Positions 13,760 to 25,364 of a DNA stretch of 64,000 nucleotides are shown one piece after another (position 1 is the first letter of the stretch; each line of letters opens with the position of its first letter). The stretch comes from Centroscyllium fabricii (Eukaryota): the NCBI GenBank assembly GCA_051313645.2, contig JBNRSN020000029.1, positions 41,540,001 to 41,604,000 of the forward strand. The letters run 5' to 3'. The translations under genes were made by a program, and so were the position numbers. The notes below the pieces were generated by a model. The model ran no database searches, had not been told where the DNA came from, and saw only the letters and a list, made by a program, of their open reading frames with translations.

Positions 13760-13777
13760 CTCGTTTCAGCTGTTTTA
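13760..13777 (-). CDS. 18-nt phase-1 microexon (VKQLKR)
   Basis: tttgcttcctttcctccag|TAAAACAGCTGAAACGAG|gtaaga; near-consensus sites. Confidence 0.8.
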
Positions 13778-14369
13778 CTGGAGGAAAGGAAGCAAATTGT
13801 GTAATGATTAAAAAGACTTCAGTTCCTAGATTGAAGTTATTGTGAATTCACAACATCCCCATTGTATCTGCAATGGTGGCATCTATGTATCGAAGTAGAC
13901 CATGCGGTGCACGAAGCACTGGTTTCAATACGGATGTTTTTCACTAATACGACACCATTCTTTGTTTTCTTGTTTCAGCCTTTAAGAACATGTATTGCAA
14001 CAGCTATGCCTATGCCTTGTATGAATGAAACGTGGAACAATCTTCAAAATATGAAACCAGGATATCTGATTTTCAATCAATTATATTATTAGTTTTTTCT
14101 AAGGAAGAAGAAAATGCGAAAAATGTAAACAGTTGTACGAATATTTTTGAGATTATGGGGTACAAGAGAAGTCGCCAATTAGAACAACTGGTGAATTTTG
14201 CTAAGGGAACAGATTAGAAGTAGCAAGCATATTCCGTTATTATTAGATTTAGGCTTCAAGGTCCTGTTCTATAAGACAAATGGTTTTGCTTAAAATGGCA
14301 GATGTACCGGTGACGAGGGAGAGGACTCCTTTGTAATAAAATCCTAACGTAATTGGAGAAGAATTTATT

Positions 14370-15672
14370 GGGCCGAAAATGTGTATCCCTAATGGTGTTT
14401 ACGCTCTGAAAACCGGCAATTCCAATCTCTCAAACGTTTTCTTGATTGGTCGGATGCCTGCCCTAGAGATAGTTATGCTTTCTGGAGAACCTCTGCCCGC
14501 AGAACACCCTTAAAAATATTACGGCTGGTAAAAGCAGGCATAGGGCCTGTTTTCACCAACATAGGAGTTTAGAAAGTGAACATTTTTTTCACTCATGTAT
14601 CATTTTAAAAAATAGGTGAGTCTATTTTTAGCCCCGTAAAAAAGCTAAATTATTTTTTCAAAAATCATTTTTTTGGTTAAAATATTTAATTTATTGGCCT
14701 AAAAATTAGCCTTGGAGCCTTCCTGCGTGTGCAAGGCTCCAAGGTACACTTACCCTGCACTTCTGCCGTTTTGTAATTATAGGATGTGAAATCGCAAGTT
14801 GTACAGCTGCTGCAAGCTCCAAGCGCCCTGCTGGTGCAACTCAACGGGAGAGTTAGCGCACGGGACCACGTGATCTGCAGGGAACCAATCAATGGAAGCA
14901 ATCCTCCATTCATAAATTACACGGAGAAATCTGTGTAATTATGAAAAGAAAGAGCTTAAAAAACACACCTAAACACAAAAATAAAATTAAAAAAACACCA
15001 TACTTTTTAACAATACTCTAATTGACATAAATTACGTATTTTAAAGAAAAATTAAACATTTAGAAAAAGAAAAGTTTTTGACTGGCCTAAAAGAATACTT
15101 ACCTGACTTTACAGTTTAATTTTTTTTTTTAAACTGTTAAAACAATGCTTAAATTTTATAAAATAAAGACTTACATGATAAAAACGGGTGGTTACGGCTG
15201 ATATTTTTAACTGTGAAATCTTTCACACTTACCCCAATAAAAAACACAGAAAAAAATCGGAAGTCCAGCTGGCTCGCGCTCCCCCACTAAACGCTATTTC
15301 AGGGCTTGGATGCGTGAGCACCCGGCTCAAAAACCTCCCCTGATCATCGTAATTTTTGGCCCATTGTAAATTCAACTCATTTAAAAAATGTGGTTAAAAT
15401 GTATTTAATATTTTACAGGGTGATCTCCAGTCATATATTTCACAGGTCTGGAAATTGTATGATGGGATAATTCCCTTCTCCTATTGGCTCCCCATGGCCC
15501 ACGTGGTCACAGGGATACTGGTGATTTGCTTGCCCCTCTGGTATACGTGGGCCCTGCGTATTTACAGTTGGAGAGGCCCAGCAATGGAAGCATACACACA
15601 TCCGGAGCCCTCCGGTAAGTCCGTAATTGTTTTTTTCCAGACCAGAGGCCTCTGCTCGGAAAATACAGCCCA
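14370..15672. mobile_element. Harbinger-like MITE containing a nested related copy (14696-15362)
   Basis: GGGCC-type termini; nested copy att|ggcctaaaaatt...aatttttggccc|att with 3-bp ATT TSD. Confidence 0.65.
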
Positions 15673-15804
15673 ATATTTCTGATGTCTTGTCTAGCTCGAT
15701 GCTGCTTATTATAATCCTGAGTGATGCCAGGCAGTAATTAGTTACAATGTCCATGAGAGAATGTAGAAACTTTCCAGCGGTACTCACTGCTTCTGGAATA
15801 TTTT

Positions 15805-16893
15805 GGGCCATATTTTCCGATCGAAGGCTTCCCGTGTGCATTGGCCTCCGATCTGAAAAAAAAGTCACGGACCTACCTGAGGGCTCCGGAGGTCCGGACA
15901 CTTCCGCTCCTGGGCCTCTCCAACTCGAAATATGCAGGGCCCATGTAGCCCGCATGTGGTTCGCAAGCGTCCCTGGAATCACGTGGGCCACGGGTAGCCA
16001 ATCAAAGAAGGGAATCGCCCTTCAAACACTTGACCGAAATACCTGTCAAATATATTAACGGAGATCACATCAAAAACACTGTAAAACACCAAATATATCT
16101 TTAATCACATTTTTATACTGTGCATAATTTACAATAAATTAAATATTTTAAGCAAAAATTTAACTTTTTGAAAAAGAAATTCACATTTTTTACGGGGCTA
16201 ATGATAAACTTACCTTTTTTTAAAGTATGCTTAAATGATAAATGAATGAAAAACATTTTTGTATTTACATTTTTCAAAACTTATGCTGGTTTTCCTAAGG
16301 TTTATAAGGGTTTTCTGCGGGCGGAGGTTCTCCAGAAAGCGGAACTATCCTCCCGCAGAGTGCCTTTTCCAGGGCAGGCATGCGATCTGTCAAGGTGATC
16401 TTGATGCATCAGAAGTGCCGGTCTTCAATGCATGGTGGCACAGTGGTTAGCACTGGAGACCCGGGTTCAAATCCAGCCTCGGGTACTATCTGTGTGGAGT
16501 TTGCACATTCTCCCCGTGTCTGCGTGGGTTTCCTCCGGGTGCTCCGGTTTCCTCCCACAGTCCAAAGATGTGTGGGTTAGGTTGATTGGCCATGATAAAT
16601 TGACCCTAAGTGTTAGGGGGATTGAATATGTGGGGTTACGGGGATAGGGTGGGATATGTGTCGGTGCAGGCTCGATAGGGATCGAGGGATATGGGGAGAG
16701 GGCAGGGGCGGGGTGCTGGGTTTGGATGATCAGCCCTGATCTCATTGAATGGCGGAGCAGGCTCGAAGGGCTGAATGGCCTACTCCTGCTCCTAGTTTCT
16801 ATGTTTCTATGTTTCTATGAAATCGGCATTTCTGATGTACTAAGGGTGTGTACACAGCGCATACACACCCGGAGGGATCAGAATATACGACCC
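15805..16893. mobile_element. Harbinger-like MITE interrupted by a SINE
   Basis: Left end gggccatattttccgatcg; right end ggatcagaatatacgaccc with subterminal hairpin gggtgtgtacacagcgcatacacaccc. Confidence 0.7.
16430..16818 (+). mobile_element. V-SINE (HE1-like): tRNA-derived head, V core, CR1-derived tail
   Basis: A box tggcacagtgg, B box ggttcaaatcc, core tgtgtggagtttgcacattctccccgtgtctgcgtggg, tail (TTTCTATG)n. Confidence 0.92.
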
Positions 16894-17559
16894 ATTTTCA
16901 GATACTACACAGCATATCCACGTTTGTTTTACTGTTAAGTGCAAAATTCTGTGTCAGTTTTAAGCATTTTATTATTCATAATGCATACTCCACCATGATA
17001 ATTTGCACTATTTCCGTTTCTTTCGGCCAACTGCAACAGTCCAGCGCCATCCCCAATTACTTTTTGTACTATTCAACTTTACATAATTTGGTGGTTGCTG
17101 TTGTAAAATATATAAGGTTACAGTAGAAACCCATAGTTACTGCGTCAACGTCTTATTAGCAATGACTGCAGGTATAATGTACTGCTTAGATTATACGCTG
17201 CAGTATTTACCCTGACAAGACAATTTGCGTTATTAATAGTTAACATTCAATTTGGGATCACTCTATTCTATTAAAATAATGCACTTATGTGAGAAAGGGT
17301 ATGGGATATGCTCAAAGCTAGCAATGACATGTAGGCATTGCAAGAAACCAATATGTTGGTGTCTAATGTATTCTGCACAGAGTTCATCTGCAAGTGCGAT
17401 TTTTTTAGTGAGATATTCCACAGGCTTTTGAGGGGGACGGACTTTATGGAGTTTGGCAGTAGAAAAAGCCGAGTAGCGCACTAACACGTGGAACGAAATG
17501 GTTCCATGTGGTAAATAATGTTGTATCTTCTCGTTTGTCTTGCGTTTCAAGCTAAAAAT

Positions 17560-18372
17560 GAAACCGCATTGAACGACGGCGCAAGGGACGGTTGGCAATT
17601 CCAGTAACAATGGCCCAATCTTTCCGATCGTGCATATTGATTTGGAGCTCCGGTGCAAGCGCATCCGAGCTCCAAATTGCATGAAGCAGCCATTTGCAGC
17701 TTCTTCGTGACATTCCGAAGGCGGCGGGGGGGGGGGGGGTGTAGGGCAGAGCTGCATCGCAGGAACCTGCGCAGCACGTGGTGCGCAGTGACTGTGCGAT
17801 TTTTTTTGAAAGAGTTTCATGGGGTAAGCACTGAAGATTCTACGCTTGAAAATACCAGTCGTAAGCACCCGGTTTTAGCAGGTAAGTCTTTATTTTATTG
17901 ATTTTAAGTGTTGTTCTTCCAGGTTAATATTTTTGTTAACTTTAAAGACAGGTAAGTATTCTTTTAGGGTTGTTAAAGAGTGTAAACAAAATTCGAAATT
18001 TTTATTTTTTCTTTAAAATAGGTAATTTATGTTAGTTGGAGTACTGTTAAAAAATGTGGTGTTTTTAAAATTTTGTTTTTGAGTTTAGATGTGTTTTGGA
18101 AGATCTCTCTTTTCAAAAGCTACACAGATTCCTCCGTGTAAGTTTTTAATGGAGGATTGCTTCCATTGATTGGCTCCCTGCCGAACCCGTGATCTCGTGG
18201 GAGATTTCGAACTAATTAAGCACTTCATTTTTACAAGCAGCTCGCACAGAGCTCTGACAAGCTGGACAACTCCGAAACTCACAGTGCAAAGATTCAAAAC
18301 GGAAAAAGTGCTGGGTATGTGCAAATAAGAGCTCTGCACTCGCACGAAGGCTCCACGGCTAATTTCTGGCCC
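17560..18372. mobile_element. Harbinger-like MITE copy
   Basis: Terminus aatttctggccc|aat and AT-rich centre shared with the family; left boundary uncertain. Confidence 0.5.
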
Positions 18373-18774
18373 AATATCTTAAAGTTAAAGGGAACTAGAA
18401 AGTCTCAGTTGAGAGGAAGCTATGAAGTAACGATGCTGTCGTTGAAAATATTGCTGTTCCTTCGGACTATCCTGTATGCACAACATTATAAATCTCCTCT
18501 ATGTTGTCCAGCCTACGTGGTAAATAGTCATGTCGTTATTTCCTGCTTTTGTCATTGGAGGGCGGAAAGGGCAAATGAGGTAACTTAGGCCGGGTACTCC
18601 CAGAATTTCATTTCATTATACAGGAAGGTTTTTCATCGATGTTGGTCGCCAGCTGTTGCACTTGGGGGTAACCAAGTACCTCAATGGCGATACGCAAAGC
18701 TCATTTCTCCATCCATTCCAGGCCATGAAAATTAAAATATGGCGGGGTGGAAAGAAGGTCATTCATTAATTATT

Positions 18775-19365
18775 ATGCGTCCTCGCTGAACAGCACCAGC
18801 TCCCGGTCCGGTAACGCCTCAATTTTAAAATTATCATCATTGTTCTCAAATCCCAACACGTCCTCTTCCGTCCATATTTAACTCCCTCCGGCCCGAAACA
18901 CCTCCAAGATTTCTGCACAACTCCAGTTCTGGCCTAGAGCGTATCTCCCATCATCATCGCGGCACCATTGGCGGCTGTGCCTTCAACTGTCAAGGACATA
19001 CACTCTAGACCAGGGGTCCCCAACCTTTTTTGGACCGCGGACAATTTTGGGCTTGTCACTTTTTTCACGGACGGATGGGGGGAGGCTGGCGGAGTTTTTT
19101 GGACTGACCGGGGGGTGCTGGCGGAGTTTTTTTGACTGACGGGGGATGGGAGGGGCCCGCTGCTCTAGACCTCGCTAAACCTTTAAGTCTCTCGAACACT
19201 CTCTCCTCCTTTATGATGCTCCTTAAAACCTACCTCTGTGACCAAGCTATCGGTCACCTGTATTAACATCTTTTTACGTGGCTCAGCGTCAAATTTTGTT
19301 TGATAATGCTCCTCTGAAACATTTGGGATGGTAAGCGCGGTAAAGCAATGCAAGTTTTTATTGTG
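18775..19365 (+). mobile_element. Degenerate L2-type LINE 3' end
   Basis: LAEQHQLPVR*RLNFKII resembles the L2 LHWLPV..RI.FK motif; ctccttaaaacctacctc (LLKTYL) and 3' UTR. Confidence 0.7.
19011..19162. mobile_element. hAT/Charlie-type MITE (152 bp)
   Basis: Starts CAGGGGTCCCCAACC; perfect 8-bp TSD CTCTAGAC at 19003-19010 and 19163-19170 (Charlie NTCTAGAN preference). Confidence 0.88.
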
Positions 19366-20285
19366 TTGCGTTCAGAATTAATCCCTTTGTCACATGCAGG
19401 AGATTATCGTAAACGGAATAATCTTTACATGGTGATGGTGTAAAACGGGCTATACAGGATTATCCACCCATGATACACCATTTTACTGCCATTTTCGTTT
19501 CCATTGCGGTCATTGCAAAGAAATTCGGGCGTGGCATATAATGGGCGGCCGATACTGCCCTTTCTACACAATCGCCCAAAGTTAAAATTATCTCCAAATA
19601 TTGTTAATTTACCAAGTAAACCTGGGCATACTATGCGCCAACAAAATTTTCAAGTTCAAGAGAAGTATATAACAATCTAAATGTAAACACAGTTTATCCT
19701 TCTGTGAATCAAGTTTATTTTACAAAAGGCCAGTCAAAAGAAGTGTGGGGCCAAAAAGGGATCAAAAGGGAAACGCACTTGTGGAGGAAAAGGGCATGGC
19801 TCAGGTACTAGATGGCAACTTTGCATCTGGCTAGGCTAAAAAAAAGGATGCTGCTAATGACACTGTAAAACTGATGGCTAGAGCAATTGGATCGGGTAAG
19901 CATAGATAAAGAGGTGTTACATGGCTGTAATCGCTCAAATTACAAAAGTCTCTCGGACCATAAGGTTGCATTATGGGTTTCTAAGAGAATTAAAGAAAAT
20001 ATAGCGAGGCTTTATCAACAGGATGGTTGTTTTCCATTTTGTTGCTATTGGCATTTCGGTTCCCACGAGCTTTTCAGCATAATTTGATAGGGTGTCACAT
20101 TTAACAGCAATATTTAAAAATGAAAGTGCACTAACCGTAGCTTTTGTTTCATTGAGATCAAAGGGCTGTGCAACATGAACTGTGCGCCCACAATGTATTG
20201 CTAACCTGGAACTATTTCCATACAGCTTAGGATCTTCCATCTTTTTCTACTAATTGAGGAAATGTGTTTATTTTTCGCTACTCAC

Positions 20286-20312
20286 CGGTGCTTGATGAAA
20301 CGGCGGTCTTGT
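20286..20312 (-). CDS. 27-nt phase-1 microexon (DKTAVSSST)
   Basis: aataatgatattgcag|ACAAGACCGCCGTTTCATCAAGCACCG|gtgagt; strong donor, weak pyrimidine tract; xKTA start shared with the exon at 40514-40540. Confidence 0.6.
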
Positions 20313-20740
20313 CTGCAATATCATTATTTTTCGGATTATTATCAACACATCAGCTGTTCTAGCAAAGAATTAGTAAAATCGCGTTAAAATATCAACAGCT
20401 GTCCTGAAGCCATCGATTAATATGGTCGATTGATTCCTTAAGATTCCTCACGAGGTGTCACGTATCCCATGCCGGAGTGCAGTCTGTCTTTTCAACAAGA
20501 ATTACAAGACAAATGTGGGTAATGAGCTCCGCTCCACTAGTCGCCATGCTGTGTAGCGGCTTTTGCACACTTTAATGTTTATAAGAGTTAATATCACCTC
20601 TTAAGCACTTGCTAGCTCGTGATTGCCCAAAATTAAATTTACCGGGCAGGACATTACTCGATGTTGAATGAAGAACAGATACAAATTTTACGTTTATTTG
20701 GCAGTTTATAGATGGTTTGAATCCCAACATAAAGAATTAA

Positions 20741-21138
20741 ACATAGAAACATAGAAGATAGGAGCAGGAGTATGCCATTCGGCACTTCGAGCCTGCTCCG
20801 CCATTCAATGAGATCATGGCTGATCATCCAAACCCAGTACCCCGCCCCTGCCCTCTCCCCATATCCCTCGATCCCAATTGACCCCCCACCATCGGGAACC
20901 TATCCCCGTAACCCCACATATTCAATCCCCCTAACACTAAGGGTCAATTTATCATGGCCAATCAACCTAACCCGCACATCTTTGGACTGTGGGAGGAAAC
21001 CGGAGCACCCGGAGGAAACCCACGCAGACACGGGGAGAATGTGCAAACTCCACACAGATAGTACCCCAGGCTGGATTTGAACCCGGGTCTCCAGTGCTGC
21101 GAGCCAGCAGTGCTAACCACTGTGCCACCATGCCGCCC
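20741..21138 (-). mobile_element. V-SINE (HE1-like), full length
   Basis: Reverse complement of the SINE at 16430-16818, with a full gggcggcatggtggcacagtgg head. Confidence 0.93.
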
Positions 21139-21414
21139 TATTAGAATGCATCCAAGAGTTAGCCTGCCAGTTTGCTCCGCCGTTGCCACGTATATTTGTT
21201 TAGTTTCATTCCTGCTGCCTTTTCGACAATTTACTCTAACTCTAAATATCTATATTTCACCCGAAGTGAATATTAATGGCTGATGCTGGTGTCAGTATGA
21301 GTTCTAGATACAGAGGATTATTTTAACTTTGCCATTAGTGAAACATGGGAGTTGTCGACTTGGCCAAGCATTATGCGCCCCGCCCCACTTTCACGTCCAT
21401 TGAATTAAATGGGC

Positions 21415-21545
21415 CCTCAATGTAGTGCCTGTCTATGTCCCATTGAAGGCTCTTTGCATCCTCATCACAACTTACATTCCCAAATAGGTTTGCATCATCA
21501 GCAACCTTAGATACATTAAATTTTGTCCACTCGTCCAATTCATTG
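21415..21545 (-). mobile_element. CR1 RT fragment
   Basis: INELDEWTKFNVSKVADDANLFGNVSCDEDAKSLQWDID (degenerate FADD region). Confidence 0.8.
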
Positions 21546-21550
21546 ATATT

Positions 21551-23030
21551 GGGCCGGATTTTCTGGCCGGAGGCTTCCTGCGTGCAGCTGCCTCCAATCT
21601 GGAAAACTCTACGCATTTGCCCGCTGCATGAATATGCCCAGAGACTTCCGATCCTGGGCCTCTCCTGGTCAGTGTGCGCAGAGTTCCAGGTATCGCAGGG
21701 GCACAGGCAGTTCGCAAGCGTCCCTGGAATCACAAGAGTCATGGGGAACCAATCAAATAAGGGGTCACTTTTGCAAGGTCTCTACGCATATATCTGTCAA
21801 AGGTTTGAATGGGGATCTCAATTAAAGACACAATTAAACATTAAATCATTTGTTTTAAATGAGGTATTAAATAAATTTACTCGGTAAATTAATGGGGCTC
21901 AAGGTGGATAAATCACCTGGACCTGATGGCTTACATCCTAGGGTCTTGAGGGCAGTGACGGTAGGCATTGTGGATGCATTGGTAATGATTTTCCAAAACT
22001 CCCTGGACTCAGCAAAAGTCCCGACAGACTGGAAAACTGCCAATGTAACACCCTTATTTTAAAAAGGCAGTAGACAGAAGGCTGGAAATTATAGACCAGT
22101 TAGCCTAACGTCTGTCATGGGTAAAATTTTGGAGTCCGTTATTAAGGAGACAGGAACAGGACATTTGGATAAACTTAATTTAATAGGACAAAGTCAGCAT
22201 GGTTTTATGAAGGGGAAGTCTTGTTTGACAAATTTGTTTGAGTTCTTTGAGGAAGTAACATTTAGGGTGGATAAAGGGGAACCAGTGGACGTAGTGTATT
22301 TAGACTTTCAAAAGGCATTTGGCAAGGTGCCACATAAAAGATTATTGATTTTAAAAAAAATCACGGTATTGGGAGTAATATTCTGGCATGGATAGAGGAT
22401 TGACTATCTAACAGAAGGCAGAGAGTTGGGATAAATGGGTCATTCTCAGACCGGCAATCGGTAACTAGTGGTGTTCCGCAGGGTTCGAGGTGTACTGGGG
22501 GGATGCCTCGGATCATCAACAAACTACCCATTTACCTGGTGGTCCGGAAAATATGGAGGCTTGCGATCCTGCGCCTTTCTTGGGAGGAATGCAAAGAGGC
22601 CCACCAATCGGTTTTTTGAAATTCTAAGGCCTTTCACCTGCTTTTACCAGGTGTAAGAATTTCACGGCCATTTAGCAAATGGTTAAATAACGCAACTCTC
22701 CAGCCACAAAGGCCCATTGCCTGGGGATGCGGAGGTTCTTTCTTGACAGATCGCAAGTGCCAGGCTTCGGTGCATGCCATACACCTGCTTTTACCAGGCG
22801 TGAGAATTGTAAGAGTTTACTGCGGGCGGAGGGTCTCCAAAAGGCGGACGTCTCTGCCAGCGGAGAGCTTTCTAATTGGCAGGAGTCCGATCTTTCAGGA
22901 GCATTCTTGACAGATCGGAAATGCCGGTATCAGCGTATGTGCTGTGCCTGCCTGAAACCGACGTTCCATTATCCTTCTGTATGGACATACAGCGCGTACA
23001 CACCCGCAGGGATTGGAATATGTGGGTAAT
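21551..23030. mobile_element. Harbinger-like MITE interrupted by a CR1 fragment
   Basis: Left end att|gggccggattttctggccgg; right-end hairpin gcgtacacacccgcagggattggaat. Confidence 0.6.
21886..22490 (+). mobile_element. CR1 LINE RT fragment
   Basis: KSPGPDGLHPRVL, NYRPVSLTSVMGKILES, SQHGFMKGKSCLTNL, VDVVYLDFQKAF, GVPQGS. Confidence 0.95.
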
Positions 23031-23599
23031 TGTTTCTATAATGGTATTCCGTTGTACATGGCGATGTCAAGTTGAACACCTACTACATTGAGATCCGGCA
23101 GAAAAATTGCTCTTGAAAGAATTGGATTGTACGAATTCCACCTACGGCACACAGATATTCGAGCTGGTGTAACATAGCCCCGAAGGAAAACCATTTGCAC
23201 TCATACTTCCACCTTGTTCGTGAAAGCCACGTGAATGATGAGTTGGCGCCTCACTAACATCACAGAGTAAATATAAGTGATCTTTAGGGTCACTAACTCC
23301 ATAACCCAGAACGTAGATTCTGAACAACGGTGCAAAGTATATACCTGGCTGTCTTTATATGAAAATGGGATGGCAGGAAGTTATGATCCAAGTCAATGGA
23401 AACCTCAACGGATTTTCATCTCTACCTGGATTTTGTTTTATTTCGGCATGATTAAGGCCACTATTCAAAAACATATGTGCAGATGACTGACGTCGATCTG
23501 CTTATCCATCATTATAAACCTCCATTCTAATTGTCACCAACACTAATTACGTCTTAACTGGTTCAGTAAGAGAGTCAAAAACGATTCTTTCACCGCCAC

Positions 23600-24850
23600 T
23601 CTAGGGCCCTAAATACTCTTTCCAGGCAAGACAGCGATTTAATTGTACTTCGTAGTATACTGTATACCCTGCTCACATTGCGGTCTCTTCTATGTTGGGG
23701 CATCCAAAAGCAGATTGGATGATTGCTTTACTGAATAGTTCCGTTCAGTGTGCAACCGTGATCCTCAGGTTCCAGCCGCTTGACACGTTAATCATCCATC
23801 CCAGCTCCACTCTGATCTCTCAGCCCCTGGCCTCTTACAATGTTCCAGTGAACCTCAACGCAAGCTCAAGGAACAACACTTCCCCTTCCGATTAGGCACT
23901 TTACAGCCATCTGGCCTCAATATTAAGTTCGCTCTTACAGATCATAACCACTGCTCACAACATTCAAAAAGCATTTGGATGAGCACTTGAAATGCCACAG
24001 CATACAAGGCTACGGAACAAATGCGGGAAAATGGGACTGGTATAGACTGGGATTGATGGGCGGCACGGACGCGATGGGACGAAGGGCCTCGTTCTGTGCT
24101 GTATTACTCTATGTCTCTATGACTCTATGCTCCAATTTGCTCCGGACAGCAGGTTTTGGTAGTGGTTCGTTTGCCCATTTGTTGGGCACAACTTTTGTTT
24201 CTTTATTTGACCCATTGCCACCCTCTATTGAAATGCATAATCACACTGCCCTGCACCGTTTCGCTGAGCTTTGCATTTCTTATTTCCTAACCCTCAACTG
24301 TCCTTTATCCCTGGCACTGCAGTCACCAAAAAGGTGCTAGATCTCTAACCTCTTGATGTTCTAATAAAAATAATTGACCTGAAACGCTAAGTGTTTCTTT
24401 AGCCACAGGGCTTAAGCATAAAAACATAGAAGATAGGAGCAGGAATAGGCCATTCGGCCCTTCGAGCCTGCTCCGCCATTCAATGAGATCATGGCTGATC
24501 ATCCAAACCCAGCACCCCGCCCCTGCCCTCTCCCCATATCCCTCGATCCCTATCGAACCTGCACCGACACATATCCCACCCTATCCCCGTAACCCCACAT
24601 ATTTAATCCCCCTAACACTAAGGGTCAATTTATCCTGGCCAATCAAACTAACCCGCACATCTTTGGACTGTGGGAGGAAACTGGAAACCCACGCAGACAC
24701 GGGGAGAATGTGCAAACTCCACACAGATAGTCATCCGAGGCTGGATTTGAACCCGGGTCTCTAGTGCTGTGAGGCAATAGTGCTAACCGCTATGCCACCG
24801 TGCCGCCCTTCTATGGATTCCTGAGTGATACCAGCCATTTCTGTTTTTTT
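23600..24850 (+). mobile_element. Degenerate Penelope-like element (GIY-YIG region and 3' UTR), interrupted by a CR1 tail (23960-24128) and a SINE
   Basis: YCIPCSHCGLFYVGASKSRLDDCFTE and FRLGTLQPSGLNIKF motifs; decayed hammerhead-like gacctgaaacgctaa near 24376. Confidence 0.75.
24417..24808 (-). mobile_element. V-SINE (HE1-like), full length
   Basis: Same head, core and tail as the other copies. Confidence 0.93.
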
Positions 24851-25032
24851 ACATTTAGACAAACATACTAATATATTAAAATTGTTGCGCGCATTTTCGT
24901 ACATTTGATAGATGATTCCCTGATTGTGGGTATAAATATCTCATTTCAGTAAATGTATGAATACACAGAGCAGTCAAATAGAGCAGTGCCCATGTCCAGA
25001 AGGCAAACCTATCCTTAACCATTGTGTAAGTT

Positions 25033-25245
25033 CAGAAAATGCTGGAAAACCTCAGCAGGCCGTGCAACATCCGTGACGAGAGAAATAGAGTCAACATTTC
25101 GAATCTGGACCCTTTGTCAAGACTGTCTTGACAAAGGGTCCGCATCCGAAACGTTGACTCTATTTCTCTCTTTACCGATGTTGCCAGGCCTGATTAATTT
25201 TTCCAGCATTCTCTGTTGTTATTCAGATTTCCAGCATCGGCATTA
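25033..25245. mobile_element. Inverted pair of Penelope-like terminal repeats forming a long hairpin
   Basis: Perfect 17-bp arms ggaccctttgtcaagac-t-gtcttgacaaagggtcc centred on 25124; imperfect arms extend about 90 bp; hammerhead-like ttgacaaagggtccgcatccgaaacgtt. Confidence 0.75.
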
Positions 25246-25328
25246 TTTTATTATCGAACTGTATACATTCATTAGTCTATTTCTGCTGAATTTTGAATTC
25301 AATATGAAACTTAATAGATTTCCCTCAC

Positions 25329-25364
25329 CTGGATTCCGGCTCTCTCCTTTCAGCTTTTCGATTT
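25329..25364 (-). CDS. 36-nt phase-1 exon (EIEKLKGESRNP)
   Basis: ctgtttccacattcag|AAATCGAAAAGCTGAAAGGAGAGAGCCGGAATCCAG|gtgagg; paralogous to 62768-62803. Confidence 0.82.

Noticed and set aside
13979-14028. Plus-strand acceptor-like ttcttgtttcag followed by FKNMYCNSYAYALYE*
   Set aside because: Isolated, no recognisable homology and no partner exons on the plus strand
14070-14098. Strong minus-strand acceptor (ttttcttcttccttag) followed by EKTNNIID*
   Set aside because: No donor and an immediate stop; an alternative terminal exon cannot be supported without transcripts
16430-16500. tRNA-like A/B boxes
   Set aside because: These are SINE heads, not tRNA genes; they run directly into the V-SINE core
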